DNA of 63,524 nt, filler included, from Sphaeroforma arctica JP610 (taxonomy: Eukaryota): the NCBI RefSeq assembly GCF_001186125.1. It is 9 parts of 2 records of this genome, joined end to end, with 100 filler letters (N's around TTAATTAATTAA, not from the genome) between each part and the next. Parts side by side here need not be neighbours in the genome. Positions count along the whole stretch, not along the records: positions 1 to 4,904 come from NW_014040543.1; positions 5,005 to 24,958 come from NW_014040543.1; 7 more parts are not named here. One strand, written 5' to 3'. Made by a program: the position numbers and the translations under genes. Each line of letters begins with the position of its first letter. Position 1 is the first letter of the stretch. Positions 1 through 12,600 of this stretch are shown piece after piece. The notes beneath the pieces were generated by a model. It was not told the origin of the DNA. It made no database searches and saw only the letters and a list, made by a program, of their open reading frames with translations.

Positions 1-180
1 CATATATATGTATATATATGTATATATATATATATACAAATCATCTATCAATTCTATCGACACATTCGCAGAATACACGATCCCTCGTGTATAAGAGTGT
101 GGCATACAATTGACACAAAAAACCCCGAGTAATTGGTTGGTCAAAAACTGGTCGTGAAGTTTTCAGAAATTTATGTAGAA

Positions 181-3100
181 TCAACTATTCTCGTCTAATA
201 TCTCCCCTATCTCTTCATCCGCCAGAAGATCGTGTGCATGAGTTCTCAATTTTGTCAAGTCTATGTATTCTTCCGTGGAGTTTTCTAAGAGCTTCTCAAA
301 GTCGGGAGGCCCTTGTGCCAGCCCGGGTATTTGCGTGAAGAGCATGTCATCCAATTCACTATCTGAAAGATGGAATATAAGGATCCAACGTGTTAGTGTC
401 AATAGATAAGTAAATGAACACTTAGTTACACAATTATTCTGAACGCGAACGACTATAACACTGCGAATAAGTAATTCAGCACGAAACACAAAACCCTACA
501 ACCCTCCACCCGCAACACACCGATTTTTTTCCTGAAGTACTCCTCCCGGCTCAGCATAGGAGTTTGCTCGACATTCTCTACTTCATTCGCAAACTTCTGC
601 AAACTTTGAATTTGCTGCAGTGTATGCGTTGGAGGAAAGGGGTTATTGGCCACATCAAAAGTACATAATATATCGGACTGATAAGCCAGTTGCAATATTC
701 TGGACTCCTCGCGCAGGTAGGTCGTAGTGAGTGCATAATAGGCGACGCCAACATACCCAGAATGTTGCTACATCAAATTAGTTGTAATTAGGCCTTTACG
801 CATACCCATATACTGATGTGTGTCTATTTCTCGTGACAATTTAGTTTAAATAGTTCTCATAATCCAAATGGATTGTAATAACTAACATGAATACAGACTT
901 ACGTGTACATCACGAACGGAATATCTTATTTTGAATATCACACACCTTCTCGAGCCGTACGATGTTTAAGTGAGCCTTTGCCCGAAGCATATCAGTGGTC
1001 TTCCCTTCCTTTATCCTCTCCCATCTATACAGCTGATGTATTCGAGTACAAAAACATTAGTGCGAGGCTCGAGTAACGAATGGCGAAACATAGCACGCTA
1101 TAACCGCAATTTTTCTTCAATACTCAGAGCACTACCTAGTTAGCCTAAACAGACCGAAAAAGAGACAAAGATCCCAAACATAAATCGATACTTCGGTTGT
1201 AAAGTCAAGTTATTTGTCTCTGGGTGAACGAACGTGTGTGTTTATAGCCCGCATATATATATGTACACCTCGTTGGTGACCACTGCATCAGCGTCCATTG
1301 ATATATTCCTGCTCTCGTCTCGTTGTTTTCGGAGCTGAATGATACGGAAATCAAGATACAATCGATCTGAGAACTAGTTCGCTAGATATTGACACAGTGT
1401 GGCGAATAAGCACCTGTATTGCGCGCGTGCTTCGTCTTTATAGTTGACCAAACTATGATGACAGGGTGACATGTCAGAACGTGCGGAAGTCTTCGTAGAC
1501 CTTAAAGTGGTGATTGCCAATGAAGCCAACTCCTGCTTTACGTTCTCGTGTATAGCATATGGAAACTGAGTGTAATGACACTCTCAGAAACAGCAACGCT
1601 GCAAGACTGAATGTGGAGGTACGCTATGTTGTCGGCAAATGGTGAGCAGTGCACAAGCTGGCTGCATGTGTTTGTAAGGATGAAATATTAGCTGAAAATA
1701 CTTGACACCCATACCTGCTTTATTTTAATATCTAATTGCGCAAGATTCTCTTGCTTCAAAGTCTCTGCCGGCGTCCCGAACATTCTCGCCAGCGACATTG
1801 TTGTCCTCTATTAGGCGAATAAACGAGGTATTGGGGAAAATGCCGTTCGATCGGGCTGAGTTGGAGCGTCTCAAATGCATAACTCAATACCAAAGTTTTA
1901 CATGGACTGAGATTGAAAGTATATAGCAAAACTTGATCCCGGCAAATTTTCTGATATGACTCCTACGTCGCAAATTTCTACTTTTAGAACCAGATTTATA
2001 ACCGCTTCCTATAATGAGTGTATCGACGGCAGCAGCGCCCTTTCATATCCACAAACTTCTTTCACTAGAGCGATAGAAGTGATACTGGAAGAAAACAGTC
2101 AGATAGTTTCACGATCAGCTCGCACGTACCTCTCCTTGCTGCGTAGCATCCCTATCAACTTTTGCTAGATCCAGTTTCTTACTTTTATATTGACAATCGA
2201 ATTGCAGGTCATTCCGCCTCGTCAAGATTTTCTGTTGCGGGATTATTGGCTTGCGAGTTAGTCCTTAAAATATGCTCGCATCGATATTCAGAACCAGCTC
2301 TGCCATTCACGGAATCCACTCTCAAAGATTGATATAACCAGGTAAACATTGCATCTCAACAAGACTACTGCCAGGAGATAATTTTATTCAACCCGTGAGG
2401 TGCCCAGTGGAGGTAATCTTCATGTTCATGTACACTAGCCTTGAAGAGGTAGATATACCGAGTACATAGCTGACGACTTGCGCGTAAGGAACGTCGGATT
2501 GTGGAATAGTTTTGAATTTGAGGCTACAATGAGCCCTGGTTCAAGAGATCACAATGCAAACACTGTATCGTTTGAATTTAAACCATGAGCGACCGCAGCT
2601 AAGTGGATTGAGTGTGTATATGGTTTATTCTACGAATCAATAGAAAAGAGGAACAGATCACTTCCCGACAGAATCTCTTCAAGATTATGCTTAATAAGCA
2701 ACAAATTAACACCGGTCATACGAAAATCATTCCATATAATGTGTTTTAATATGAATTGCATGCGAATTTGGCACAAATCAGTACATTCACACTCAATGTT
2801 TCCAAAGTCCAATAGAAGCACGTGATAGAAGCTATAAAATCTCGACAAACCGATGCACTTGCGATCGCTTGAAGAAGGTGATACTAGATTTACACTCTCA
2901 CAGTACTTCTCAAAATCAATAAGCAGGTTGTTCCATCGCAAGCAAGCATTTGAGCGTCTAAACCAATACACCCATTTGAATTGCACATATCTTGATGAAA
3001 TGCACGTACACCTCCACCACTATAGAGCGCCAACTTTGCTCATGAACCATTAAATCCCGTTAAGTATGTATGTATATTTGGTCGGTATACAGACGATTAG

Positions 3101-3480
3101 TCTGTGTATAATTGGTTCCTCTACCCATGTTCTAGTGTGCACTCGTGTGCTATTGTTTGCCTCCACGTATACACAATCAAGCGCTCATACGTACTCATGA
3201 ATCACACACCCGTACGTACCTGCACAGCCCGTCCGTAGCCCGCCAAATCTTGTATGGGCCCCAAAACATTTACCATCTCGCCGTTCATCAACTCCGTGTC
3301 GATATCGATTGACTCGTCGTGGTGCTTAATAGCTAAGTCTAATAACGGTTTTAGATTCGGTTCGACGTCACCAACTGTCGCCAGGCTTTTACAAATCTGC
3401 CGTTCGGAATTAATGGAATCTGGAAAGTGCAAGAATTAGGACGTTCATGAGATCACGCTGTCGAGTTGTGAGGTGGAACT
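181..3480 (-). CDS. Putative multi-exon gene or pseudogene of unknown function; boundaries uncertain
   Basis: Several protein-like minus-strand segments, some ending at GT donors: HFPDSINSERQICKSLATVGDVEPNLKPLLDLAIKHHDES...GRAVQ|gtacgt (~3220-3430), RTTMSLARMFGTPAETLKQENLAQLDIKIKQ|gtatgg (~1715-1810), WERIKEGKTTDMLRAKAHLNIVRLEK (~945-1025), and ORFs 453-695 and 181-489 (stop at 181). No family recognised and no complete splice model obtained. Confidence 0.35.
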
Positions 3481-3527
3481 CTGGGTGCGGAATGATAGTT
3501 GCTATATTACAATCTGAAAAAGCATAA

Positions 3528-3664
3528 TGATGCAGCTCTTTACAAATGATCAATCATACGATTCATATGGTAATAGCAAGAATGTGATCGCTTTTTGATG
3601 CAGCTCTTTACAGATGATCAATCATACGATTCATATGGTAATAGCGAGAATGTGATCGCTTTTT
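3528..3664. repeat. Direct tandem duplication, ~68-bp unit x2
   Basis: tgatgcagctctttaca(a/g)atgatcaatcatacgattcatatggtaatagc(a/g)agaatgtgatcgctttt occurs twice in tandem. Confidence 0.9.
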
Positions 3665-6038
3665 ATGGGGAGTCTAGCGTACGCTAGCACGCGTTCAGGT
3701 GGTAGCGATTGCCAGGATTGTATAGCCACGATAAAGACAAATTACATCTCTGTTCTTCAAACGAAATGGAATCTGGCACCGTTGCGATATATGAATACAA
3801 GTTCTGACAGCCGAATTTAGCGCTCTCAAAATGGTCGTGAGAATACTACGAGTAGTACTATCCACAAAAGGTGTGAACCAGAGACATACATATTCACGAT
3901 ATCATACATGATCAGCAATACATTTCATTATATTACAGTATCGTTGATGTAAATAAAAAAATATTCACCAATAGTACCGATATCCCTCTGTGTTTTGTTT
4001 TTGCACATGTACAATGAAGACTACCCAGTCCTACCGAATCTGATGTGCCCTGATTTCTGTTGCAGACGATAAAGCGATTCCATTTGCAGAACGGCATGAG
4101 ATGACTTCTCCAGCGCCTGCTTAAACTACACAAGAGTGATGTGTTGTTAAAGTTTGAACACATCTGCCCTCGAGATATGTATAGGCTCAAAAGTAAATCC
4201 TGTACGCGGAAACGTATCTACATGTCTATTATCTCGATCTACAGACAAGAACTTGCAATTGTTGGAAATAGAGCAGAACCCAATCTACACATCACATAAC
4301 ATACAAATAAACAGGTGTCGAAGAGCACCCGACCAGAAATATAGTTGTAATACGATTTTGCTAGCAACCAAGACTAAGTTAAGTTGTATTTTTATCAGCA
4401 TCCTAAGGAGGCATACATTGCACAAGTGAGAACTAGCGGAAGGCTCACACTTGCAGAATATCTTTGGATGCCGACAAATTCTGATGTTACACTCTAGCAC
4501 TTTTCACACAATGCAACAGCGTGTCTATGCATATAACTACAGCATTTAAACAAGATATCTCTGACTATCATGCCATCAGATGAAAGTAGTTTCTTAGAAA
4601 ACAATATTGAAGTTGCCAAACCCGCGGATGTGGAAATAGAGTACGGCTTCCCTCGCAGCGACAATTTGTGTAGATGAGCAAGCGAGGCTATCAACACGCA
4701 CATGACACGTACCACCTAGCAGTAACAATAAAACAATAGCTTACCTTTAGCGGGATTTCTTTTGGGTGCCCAATATTTATGTCCGGAGTTTTTTCAAAAT
4801 CACTTGTTCGACTCCATTCCTGTATATAAATGAATAAATAAATAGATACATAAATAAGTAAATAAATATATATATAAATAAATACATAAATAAATTTTAT
4901 ATATNNNNNNNNNNNNNNNNNNNNNNNNNNNNNNNNNNNNNNNNNNNNTTAATTAATTAANNNNNNNNNNNNNNNNNNNNNNNNNNNNNNNNNNNNNNNN
5001 NNNNGCCTGCTTCACTTTAGATGGAATTGTGGCACTCAAGACAGAATCTCTCAGAATTTGGGAAATGCGCAGCGACGATGAACATTTGAACATTTCATTC
5101 ATCTACGTCATCCCAAGCTCAACTGAAGCGTTTTCCGTTCACATCTACCAGAACTTCTATACTAAAATAAAATAGAAATAAGGGCCACGGGCGGCAGGAC
5201 TCCGTGTCCCGTGATCGTGAATATGTACATATGTATTTATAAAAAGTAAAATATACAGATTGTACCTCGAAATATTATATATTTACTTGTGTTGGTGAAG
5301 TTCGATCAACTCGATTGGTCTTAAAGGTATACGTTTTGAAAAATTGTGATCCCTGAGACCTTGGATGACGGACAAGCTTTTCGAACTTCTGATACAAAAT
5401 ATGTGCGCCTAATGGCATGTCGCGTGTGTGTACACCATAGGGGCAGATTCACAGTGAGCACTTGTATTTCGCATCGAAGGGTGTGGGGGTGAGCAACCCT
5501 CACCTACACTAAGCACTAGCGCTGAGAGGCCCAAATAAAATATACACGTATTTATTAACATTGCTTTTGGATTGTAATTTTTACTTCAGATCGTGCTTTG
5601 GCCATTTGACAATGTCGCACCCATTGCGATCACAGAGTCCTATAACTTTCGTCTTCGGCATGTTGATCCCAGAATGGATGAGAAGCCAGCCGTTCAAATA
5701 ACTGCAAGAGTGAGTGTGTTGGGTTGTGACCATAGAAATCGTAGGGAACCCTAATAAGTTTCGTTGATAGCTGTATGCAAAAGAAATTGTATTACCTCGT
5801 GTGCTGCATTTTTGAAATAACATGATTAGAGCAAAGCAAAGCTGAGTATATTTATGATGAGCTCGACTACTGCTTATTGAGGCGCGCAAAACAAGAATGA
5901 GCCTTGCGTGCCAAGACGTAGTGCAAGTGCGCGCACAACAGGAAAAAGGCGAGATATAGAAGATATTAACAAGCGTACTGTGTACTTTTACTACCAAAAC
6001 TAAAAGTGGCCTATTGGTTATATTTTATTGCATTTACA

Positions 6039-7337
6039 CTATGCTATGATCATATCGTCAGTTCCCTCACATGTGTTGTCATCCCAATCGCATCTCATAT
6101 CTGCAGCACACAACGCCGCAGTTGTGAAAGCAGCGCAAATGGGTGTATTCTCAGCCTCGATGAGAGACTCATCAGCCTCGCACTCGTCTCCACCAACACC
6201 ATTGTCCCATTTGCAGTACTTGTCTGCACCACAGGCTACCTCATCCGTATACTTATTGTCACAATACTTTCCAGCATTCTGGAATGTACCGGTAGCAGGC
6301 ACGGTGACTCCAGTCATTTCAGCGCTTATGGAACCATCAGCATTAGTGATCACCGAGATAGCATCCTCGCTACCTTCACAAACCGCGTCTTCCCAATCGC
6401 AAGCAGTGTTGGTATTACATGTCTCCTCGGTTGTAAGGGCTACGCATGAGGCGTCATTAATTAGTTTCACCGTGTCTTCATCGGCTTCACATCTTCCATC
6501 GTCCCACTCGCAGAAAATAATTTCAATACAGACGGTTTGGTTTGTGTACGACTCACAAATAACATCAGGCACCACTAATGATGGTGTTCCTGGGGCAACT
6601 GTTGCTGAAGTTGTTGTTACTGGAGCATCCGTGCTAGTCGCTGCTGCACTGGTTGTAGCGGCTGTTGGAGAAGAAGCGTTTGTGGCAGGCATAGGAACAA
6701 TGACGAAGGAATCACCACCTTCGCACACATTGTCGTCAAGCTCACAACGCAGATCGGCAAGACACAATGCCGGTGTGAGAGAGGCACAAACAAGTTGATT
6801 GGCGTCTTCTACACTATTGTCGTCATCCTCACATTCCTCATCGCCAAGTACATCGTCGTCAAAATCACAATATTGGTTTGCGTCACATGTGGTCTTGTCC
6901 AGAATTGACAAGCAGTAGTTTTCTACATCTACATATATACTACCTGTCGGAGGAAGGGTGATGCCAGTGGTATCTAACGTTATTGTGCCGTTGGCATCCT
7001 TTACGACTGATATGGCTCCATGTTGTCCCTGACATTCGTCGTCATCCCACTCGCATCTTGCATCAGTAGAACATATGGCTTCTGTTAAAGCGGCGCAAGC
7101 GATATCGTTTATGCGCTCGACCAAGTCCTCGTTCTCAAAGCAATCAGGATTGACTAAGAAGGCTTTCCACTCACAAAATTGTAGTTCCGCACATTGTGCC
7201 TCGTTCGAGCCGCCACACATAAATGCAGCATCCTCAATGTACGGTACTCCTGCCGTAGTAGTGTCATTGGTTTGTCGAGTTGCCATGGCCTGCACGGCTG
7301 CCGATAGAACCCCAATAGATAAAATCAGCGCGATCAT
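6039..7337 (-). CDS. Secreted acidic cysteine-rich repeat protein, 432 aa, intronless (copy A)
   Basis: Hydrophobic signal peptide MIALILSIGVLSAAVQA. Eight modules of the form C-x6-9-C-x5-C-x-(W/F/L)-x-C, arranged as two homologous halves separated by a Thr/Ala/Ser-rich linker. No TM or GPI tail visible. Confidence 0.85.
   Translation of the reverse strand: MIALILSIGVLSAAVQAMATRQTNDTTTAGVPYIEDAAFMCGGSNEAQCAELQFCEWKAFLVNPDCFENEDLVERINDIACAALTEAICSTDARCEWDDDECQGQHGAISVVKDANGTITLDTTGITLPPTGSIYVDVENYCLSILDKTTCDANQYCDFDDDVLGDEECEDDDNSVEDANQLVCASLTPALCLADLRCELDDNVCEGGDSFVIVPMPATNASSPTAATTSAAATSTDAPVTTTSATVAPGTPSLVVPDVICESYTNQTVCIEIIFCEWDDGRCEADEDTVKLINDASCVALTTEETCNTNTACDWEDAVCEGSEDAISVITNADGSISAEMTGVTVPATGTFQNAGKYCDNKYTDEVACGADKYCKWDNGVGGDECEADESLIEAENTPICAAFTTAALCAADMRCDWDDNTCEGTDDMIIA
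6949..7244. repeat. Left arm of a 296-bp inverted repeat (partner 9169-9464)
   Basis: By manual alignment the reverse complement matches 9169-9464 at 295/296 positions; the single difference is synonymous (GCA/GCG). Confidence 0.95.
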
Positions 7338-7506
7338 TACGACGAAGTAATTGTGTTTTGCTTTACAGGAAGCTTTAGGTGGGTGGGGAGTAGCTTACTT
7401 GCTTGTGTCTGTTTCTCGGTGCGTCGGGCTTTATGTATTTACATACATTTGTCCCAAAATTTGTATATAAATATATTTATTATAACAGTAGGAACACAAC
7501 AACAGT

Positions 7507-7539
7507 GGGCATTGGGCACTGGGCACTGTGGGCAGTGGG
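7507..7539 (+). promoter_or_regulatory. G-quadruplex consensus motif upstream of copy A
   Basis: gggcattgggcactgggcactgtgggcagtggg: five G3 tracts with 4-6 nt loops, ~170 bp upstream of the ATG at 7337. Confidence 0.55.
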
Positions 7540-8977
7540 CAAAGTGAAAAGTATGCTCGCGAGTCTTGACCTCGTCCGCGTCGTCTAGACAGATTTCAGT
7601 TTCCACTACACTTTCTTTTGATATATAAAAAGCTGTATATGTAGAATTTCCTAATTTGGTCATTTTGATTTTGTACTCTTAACACATTGGGAATCTAGAA
7701 AACCCGAAACCCTAGTGAAAACCCAAAATTTAATACTAAAAGTATGTACATCTATCTGGTAATAAACAAACGATTTCTGGCCTCACAAATTCAGAATACA
7801 TAAAGTGTCCAAAATAGTGAAATTCGTACTGGAGGGCCTGTAGGTACCAGGGAGTGTAGGCTGACTAGGCTCAGGCTGTGGCCCAGTTAAAAAGTGTCAT
7901 CTGGGATTCCGCTATTTTATCTCTACTCTCGACTGCTCTCGAGTCTCGACAGTACAGTATTTGTGATGCACTGATGCTCCTCAGCTCCTGCCTCCTGGAG
8001 TCATGCGTCCTGACTCCCGAGACACAAGTCCACATCTTATTAGTTTTTATTTATCATTATGGAAGAAGAGGTACTTTTTAGTTCAGTTTTTGAACGATTG
8101 CATCACATAAGAATGAAAATCTGGTTTGTTCACTAAAGTCCCTTTCTTCCCGACTGCTAAATTTATAATGTTTCTACTCTAAAGAGTACATTATGAGCAA
8201 TAGAGTCAGAAGTTGACATAATACAATTGAGAGGATGTAGTATGTACTAAATATGTATAGAGTTTAGAGTATAGACTACCATATAGTATAGACTATAGAG
8301 TCTACTGTAGACTAAGACAAAAGACTCCCTAAGTCGTGACATTCTCTAGAGAAAAGTGAATACTGTATAGTTAATAGAGTAAAAAAAGTAAAAACTGATC
8401 ACAGTGATCACTGATCAGGCGACACCGGATAACACTGGAACAGAGGACAGTGATCACTGTATATTGTATACTGTATACTACATTCATGTCCTTCGGACAA
8501 TAGTCCGATCAGGCATATTTTACAGTGAAGAGAGTATATAAAATAATAAAGCATTCTTTGGCACAGACAAGAGGCGAAGACGGGCACGACACACACCAGC
8601 GACTCATCTAGAGTCATCTTATAATATTTGCATCTATACTTTAGAAGGCTACAGGGCACAGGCTGTACACTGTAGTCTGTAGTTTGTAAACACACAGTCC
8701 CTGAACAAGCTGACTGGGATGTATATTTAAGTCGGGGATTGTCGTCATGTTGTGCCGGAACTCCTGGGAACTGAGCCGACAACATGCTCTTACACTGGCG
8801 GAATAATTTTTTTCCAGTTCACATAGTATGCAATAGAAACTATTCGAGAGTCGTGTGTTCCATACGGCTCTCTCCCTGCTCATTACATCGTGACATAGTA
8901 AAAGAATGGTATTGTTACAAAGAGAATGATATTGATCCAGAGAGAAACGGGCTGATACGCCCTGCATGTACGATCAG

Positions 8978-8985
8978 TATAAATA
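8978..8985 (+). promoter_or_regulatory. TATA-like box upstream of copy B
   Basis: tataaata ~98 bp before the ATG at 9076, followed by an A/C-rich leader. Copy A has a similar element (tgtaaatac...aagctact) at 7389-7443 on the minus strand. Confidence 0.45.
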
Positions 8986-9075
8986 CAACCACTAGACAAT
9001 CCGAACAACAAACCCAAAAAACCAAGCTACTGTTAATTTCAACTCCAAGCCTAGTTCAACAGATATACCACCAAT

Positions 9076-9531
9076 ATGATTTCGCAGATTTTAATGATCG
9101 GGCTTCTTTCCGGAGCCGTGCAAGCTATGTCGACCCGGCAAGCAAATGTCACAGTAATGTCTGGAGAGCCGTACATTGAGGATGCTGCATTTATGTGTGG
9201 CGGCTCGAACGAGGCGCAATGTGCGGAACTACAATTTTGTGAGTGGAAAGCCTTCTTAGTCAATCCTGATTGCTTTGAGAACGAGGACTTGGTCGAGCGC
9301 ATAAACGATATCGCTTGCGCCGCTTTAACAGAAGCCATATGTTCTACTGATGCAAGATGCGAGTGGGATGACGACGAATGTCAGGGACAACATGGAGCCA
9401 TATCAGTCGTAAAGGATGCCAACGGCACAATAACGTTAGATACCACTGGCATCACCCTTCCTCCACTGTCCCTCTCTAAATTCATCTCCAAATGTACATT
9501 ACTCTCCCGTACTTTTATATGTATCACTTAA
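9076..9531 (+). pseudogene. Truncated inverted paralog of the Cys-rich secreted protein (copy B); pseudogene or silent cassette
   Basis: Diverged signal peptide MISQILMIGLLSGAVQAM, then PYIEDAAF...GITLPP identical to copy A. Homology stops abruptly at 9464 and ~21 unrelated codons follow before the stop. Confidence 0.75.
9169..9464. repeat. Right arm of the 296-bp inverted repeat (partner 6949-7244)
   Basis: Direct sequence comparison with the reverse complement of 6949-7244. Confidence 0.95.
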
Positions 9532-9640
9532 CACCAAATTAAGGCTCCTAATGGCCTTTGCGTGCTTCAGCAGGCGAAATTTGAGTGAAACATACCCGAG
9601 TTTGTCTTCATGGTCAACTTTTATTTAATATAAGTTAGCA

Positions 9641-12600
9641 CTACAATATCTCACGTAATCTTTCCAAGAATTTTTTATCAAACATGTCCTCACTGAACCT
9701 GTGCGACACACTTGCCCTTGCCACTGTCTGTACAACCTGTCGCTCAGCGTCACCCATGTCTGTGATGAGCAGTGAACAAAGAGTAAAAATACGACATATA
9801 CTTTATAAACGTGGGGAAAGAATGGTATGTGGTAGTTCTTTGATGAGTAAACGACTGAAACTGACCACATAATATATGTAGGTTTTGACATCTAAACAAC
9901 AGTGATTTGGCGTCTATTGACCTCTTAAGTGGAACAGAAGTTGTGACATTCCGTAGTCCAGAAAATAGTAATTTGATGAAAGAAAACGATGACAGTTCCA
10001 GACCAAAAATCCGACTGTGCTTGGATTATCAGAGGCACGAAACACATCTGGGCATTGGACGGTGTCTGTCAATCCAGATAAAGTACAGTCATGTTCACAC
10101 AAATGCAACACAATGAATGGTGAACGCGAACCGAAATTTCAGTTTAGGCGTACACAATACACTATCATTGCCAGGGGGGTACAGCAAATCGATGCAACAA
10201 TGAATCGCGGAGACATACCCAAGAGAATATGTTTCAGCTGTTGCGCGTATTGCCCTTGTGTGGACGCGCGATAGCCACACGGTCCTTTACCTTGGAATTC
10301 TTCAAGGACAATGTCAAATCTGGTATCGAAATTGTAAGTACGTAGAAACGTTTGAGGTACACGGTTGGGTTCCACCTCCTACGACATGTGCGACAATGGC
10401 CTCGAAACGGAAATAAAATCCGTGACCTTTCACGCAAGGTGACACCGGAATGGGCGATACTTTTCCTCACCAACACGAATCGACACAAACGCAAAATGCG
10501 AAGGGTTCGGTTGCTACTCACTTTGGCCCAGCAGTATCGTGTGCGAGGGCAATGACGCCGGCAGCCAGGTATTCCACTACCCCAATGCCAAAGTGCTCAT
10601 TCCACATGGTGTGCATACCCACCTGAGCGGTGGCCAGATGATCCTTCAATTCGGAGTATGTCACCTACATAGTAGAGTTTATCATATGAGCGGATATGAA
10701 AGGGTGGTGACTGGATAAAAAAATGTGCTAAAAGTAACGAGTAATAGACTAGCTGCAGATAAGGCTGGGAGCGCGAATGGTAAATGCTGTGATATATGGC
10801 CGTGTCAATGGCCTATGTGACACAGTAATTAACCTTATGTGCACACGCAAGAAATCAATCTGATCCGCGTCCACTTACATTTGTCTTGAAGGATATATAT
10901 TGCGAAATACTGAGGCTGTCGGCAAGTAGTTTGAGATTCCGCACTCGATTCTCATCATCTTCGTTGCGGCATCCACCGATCATATATAGCTTGGTATCGT
11001 TTTCCTTCGCCAATGGATTCTCCCTCAAATATTGATCGAGCGCCCTAATCTATTTGTGACCAAGTATTGGTTAGTAAAATAGTAGTATGACCCACAAGCT
11101 GGAACAGCACGGACTTGGTATAAACAGTTGTGAAGGAATGGGAAAGCAATCGTAAAAACGTTCAAACTATTCCTATGCATTGCATCTGGGATCAATTATT
11201 TACCAGGTAAAGCCAAACACTTTAGGGCCGTGCTGGGAAGTGTATCGCCAGTACAATGGTTCGATAACATTCGACCGTCAAATAGATTTCAAATCATTGG
11301 ATGTACGGCACTTTGCGGACCAAGACTGTGACCAGCCACTGAGCCCATATCGAACGATAGACGGATACACACAGATACATACAGACAGTATTTGCATTTG
11401 GTTCCGGTCAACTTGTATATCATTGTACTCTAGCGTCCTTGCACAATAATAACCGCACACATATAGGTCCCTGCCTACCTGCAGTTCATGGTCCTTTTCC
11501 GGTCGAAACTGTGCAACAGAGATAATCTTATTGGGCACACGCCTCTCCGTGAGGGGCAGTGCTTCAAACCCCACAGTATCACACGGTGGATACACAATGG
11601 ATGTAACACCCTCCCTGGTGTTCCATATGGTGTCTATGTTATCAAAGGTCCAAGTGGAGTTGACCATGACTACGTTTGCCAAGCCCCCCACGAGCCTGTA
11701 CAGATACACGAATGCCTTGTAGTAAGTCTCTTTCCCCTTGCTCAAAACAGCGCTGCGAGATACCGTGCCTCGGTTATTGTGAGCGGCCTCCCTATTTTGA
11801 ACCTACAATCCGTGAGCACATGCCACAATATCATGTAAATTTCTAATGCGGCTGACGAAAATTATAACATGAAAGACGTAGGGACAATGATGGTGAAGCG
11901 GGGGAGCCACAACTAAACGGCGAAATTTGTTCCAAATCAATCGCTGATATAGCAGTGTTGCCATGGCTACTGAATATTCCGTGTACTAGGTTTATTAGCG
12001 CAAGATGGGTCTGTTAAATGCTTGAAAATTGCAGGGGGGGGTATAGAAAAGCAGATGTGCATGTAAAATGTCGGCACTTCACATAATAATAATATCAGTC
12101 TTAACGTGGACAACTCTCATAAAATGCAAGAGATGCCGAAGAAACCCATCTTAATAGCACATTTGTACTTTTATGAGTTGAGTTGTACTCGGAGAATACA
12201 TGTAGATATACTTCTAGCAAACATGTAATAAAAACACACCTTCGTCAGCATGTCTGTGCTGATTGTGGGATAGTGAACATACGCGCCCACTTTGCAATCA
12301 CACAGAAGCCTGAAGAGTGGGTACGTGAACGCATAGCCCATCGTGTCAATGTAGATATCAGGCACACACTTCTGCATCGCCTCCCAACCCAAAATAATCG
12401 ACCCGATGCTCTGCCCTAAAAGTGTAAAAACCTAGCCAAAATGATTGGTTTGAGTACGAAGACTAGTAGTCTGCAGAACATGCACAAAAAGCTGAGTGTC
12501 AGTTCATTGTGTTGCAAACACATCCGAATCTGCTATATTTCGTGACAAGGTGCATGGGCATTGGTGTACACTCTAATGTATATGCCACTGCTCAATCAGC

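Noticed and set aside
4905..5004. Palindromic TTAATTAATTAA flanked by N runs, recurring at ~4950, 25003, 30950, 37780, 44569, 50287, 58892 and 61420
   Set aside because: Artificial scaffolding linker with stops in all six frames; not biological.
6028..6798. 256-aa plus-strand ORF (also 6006-6449 and 7075-7350)
   Set aside because: Antisense shadow of the Cys-rich gene, with no independent coding signal.
9914..10111. Candidate last exon of ALG11
   Set aside because: No ALG11 similarity; exon 9641-9759 gives the expected AR.SV..RFSE..F C-terminus in the correct phase.
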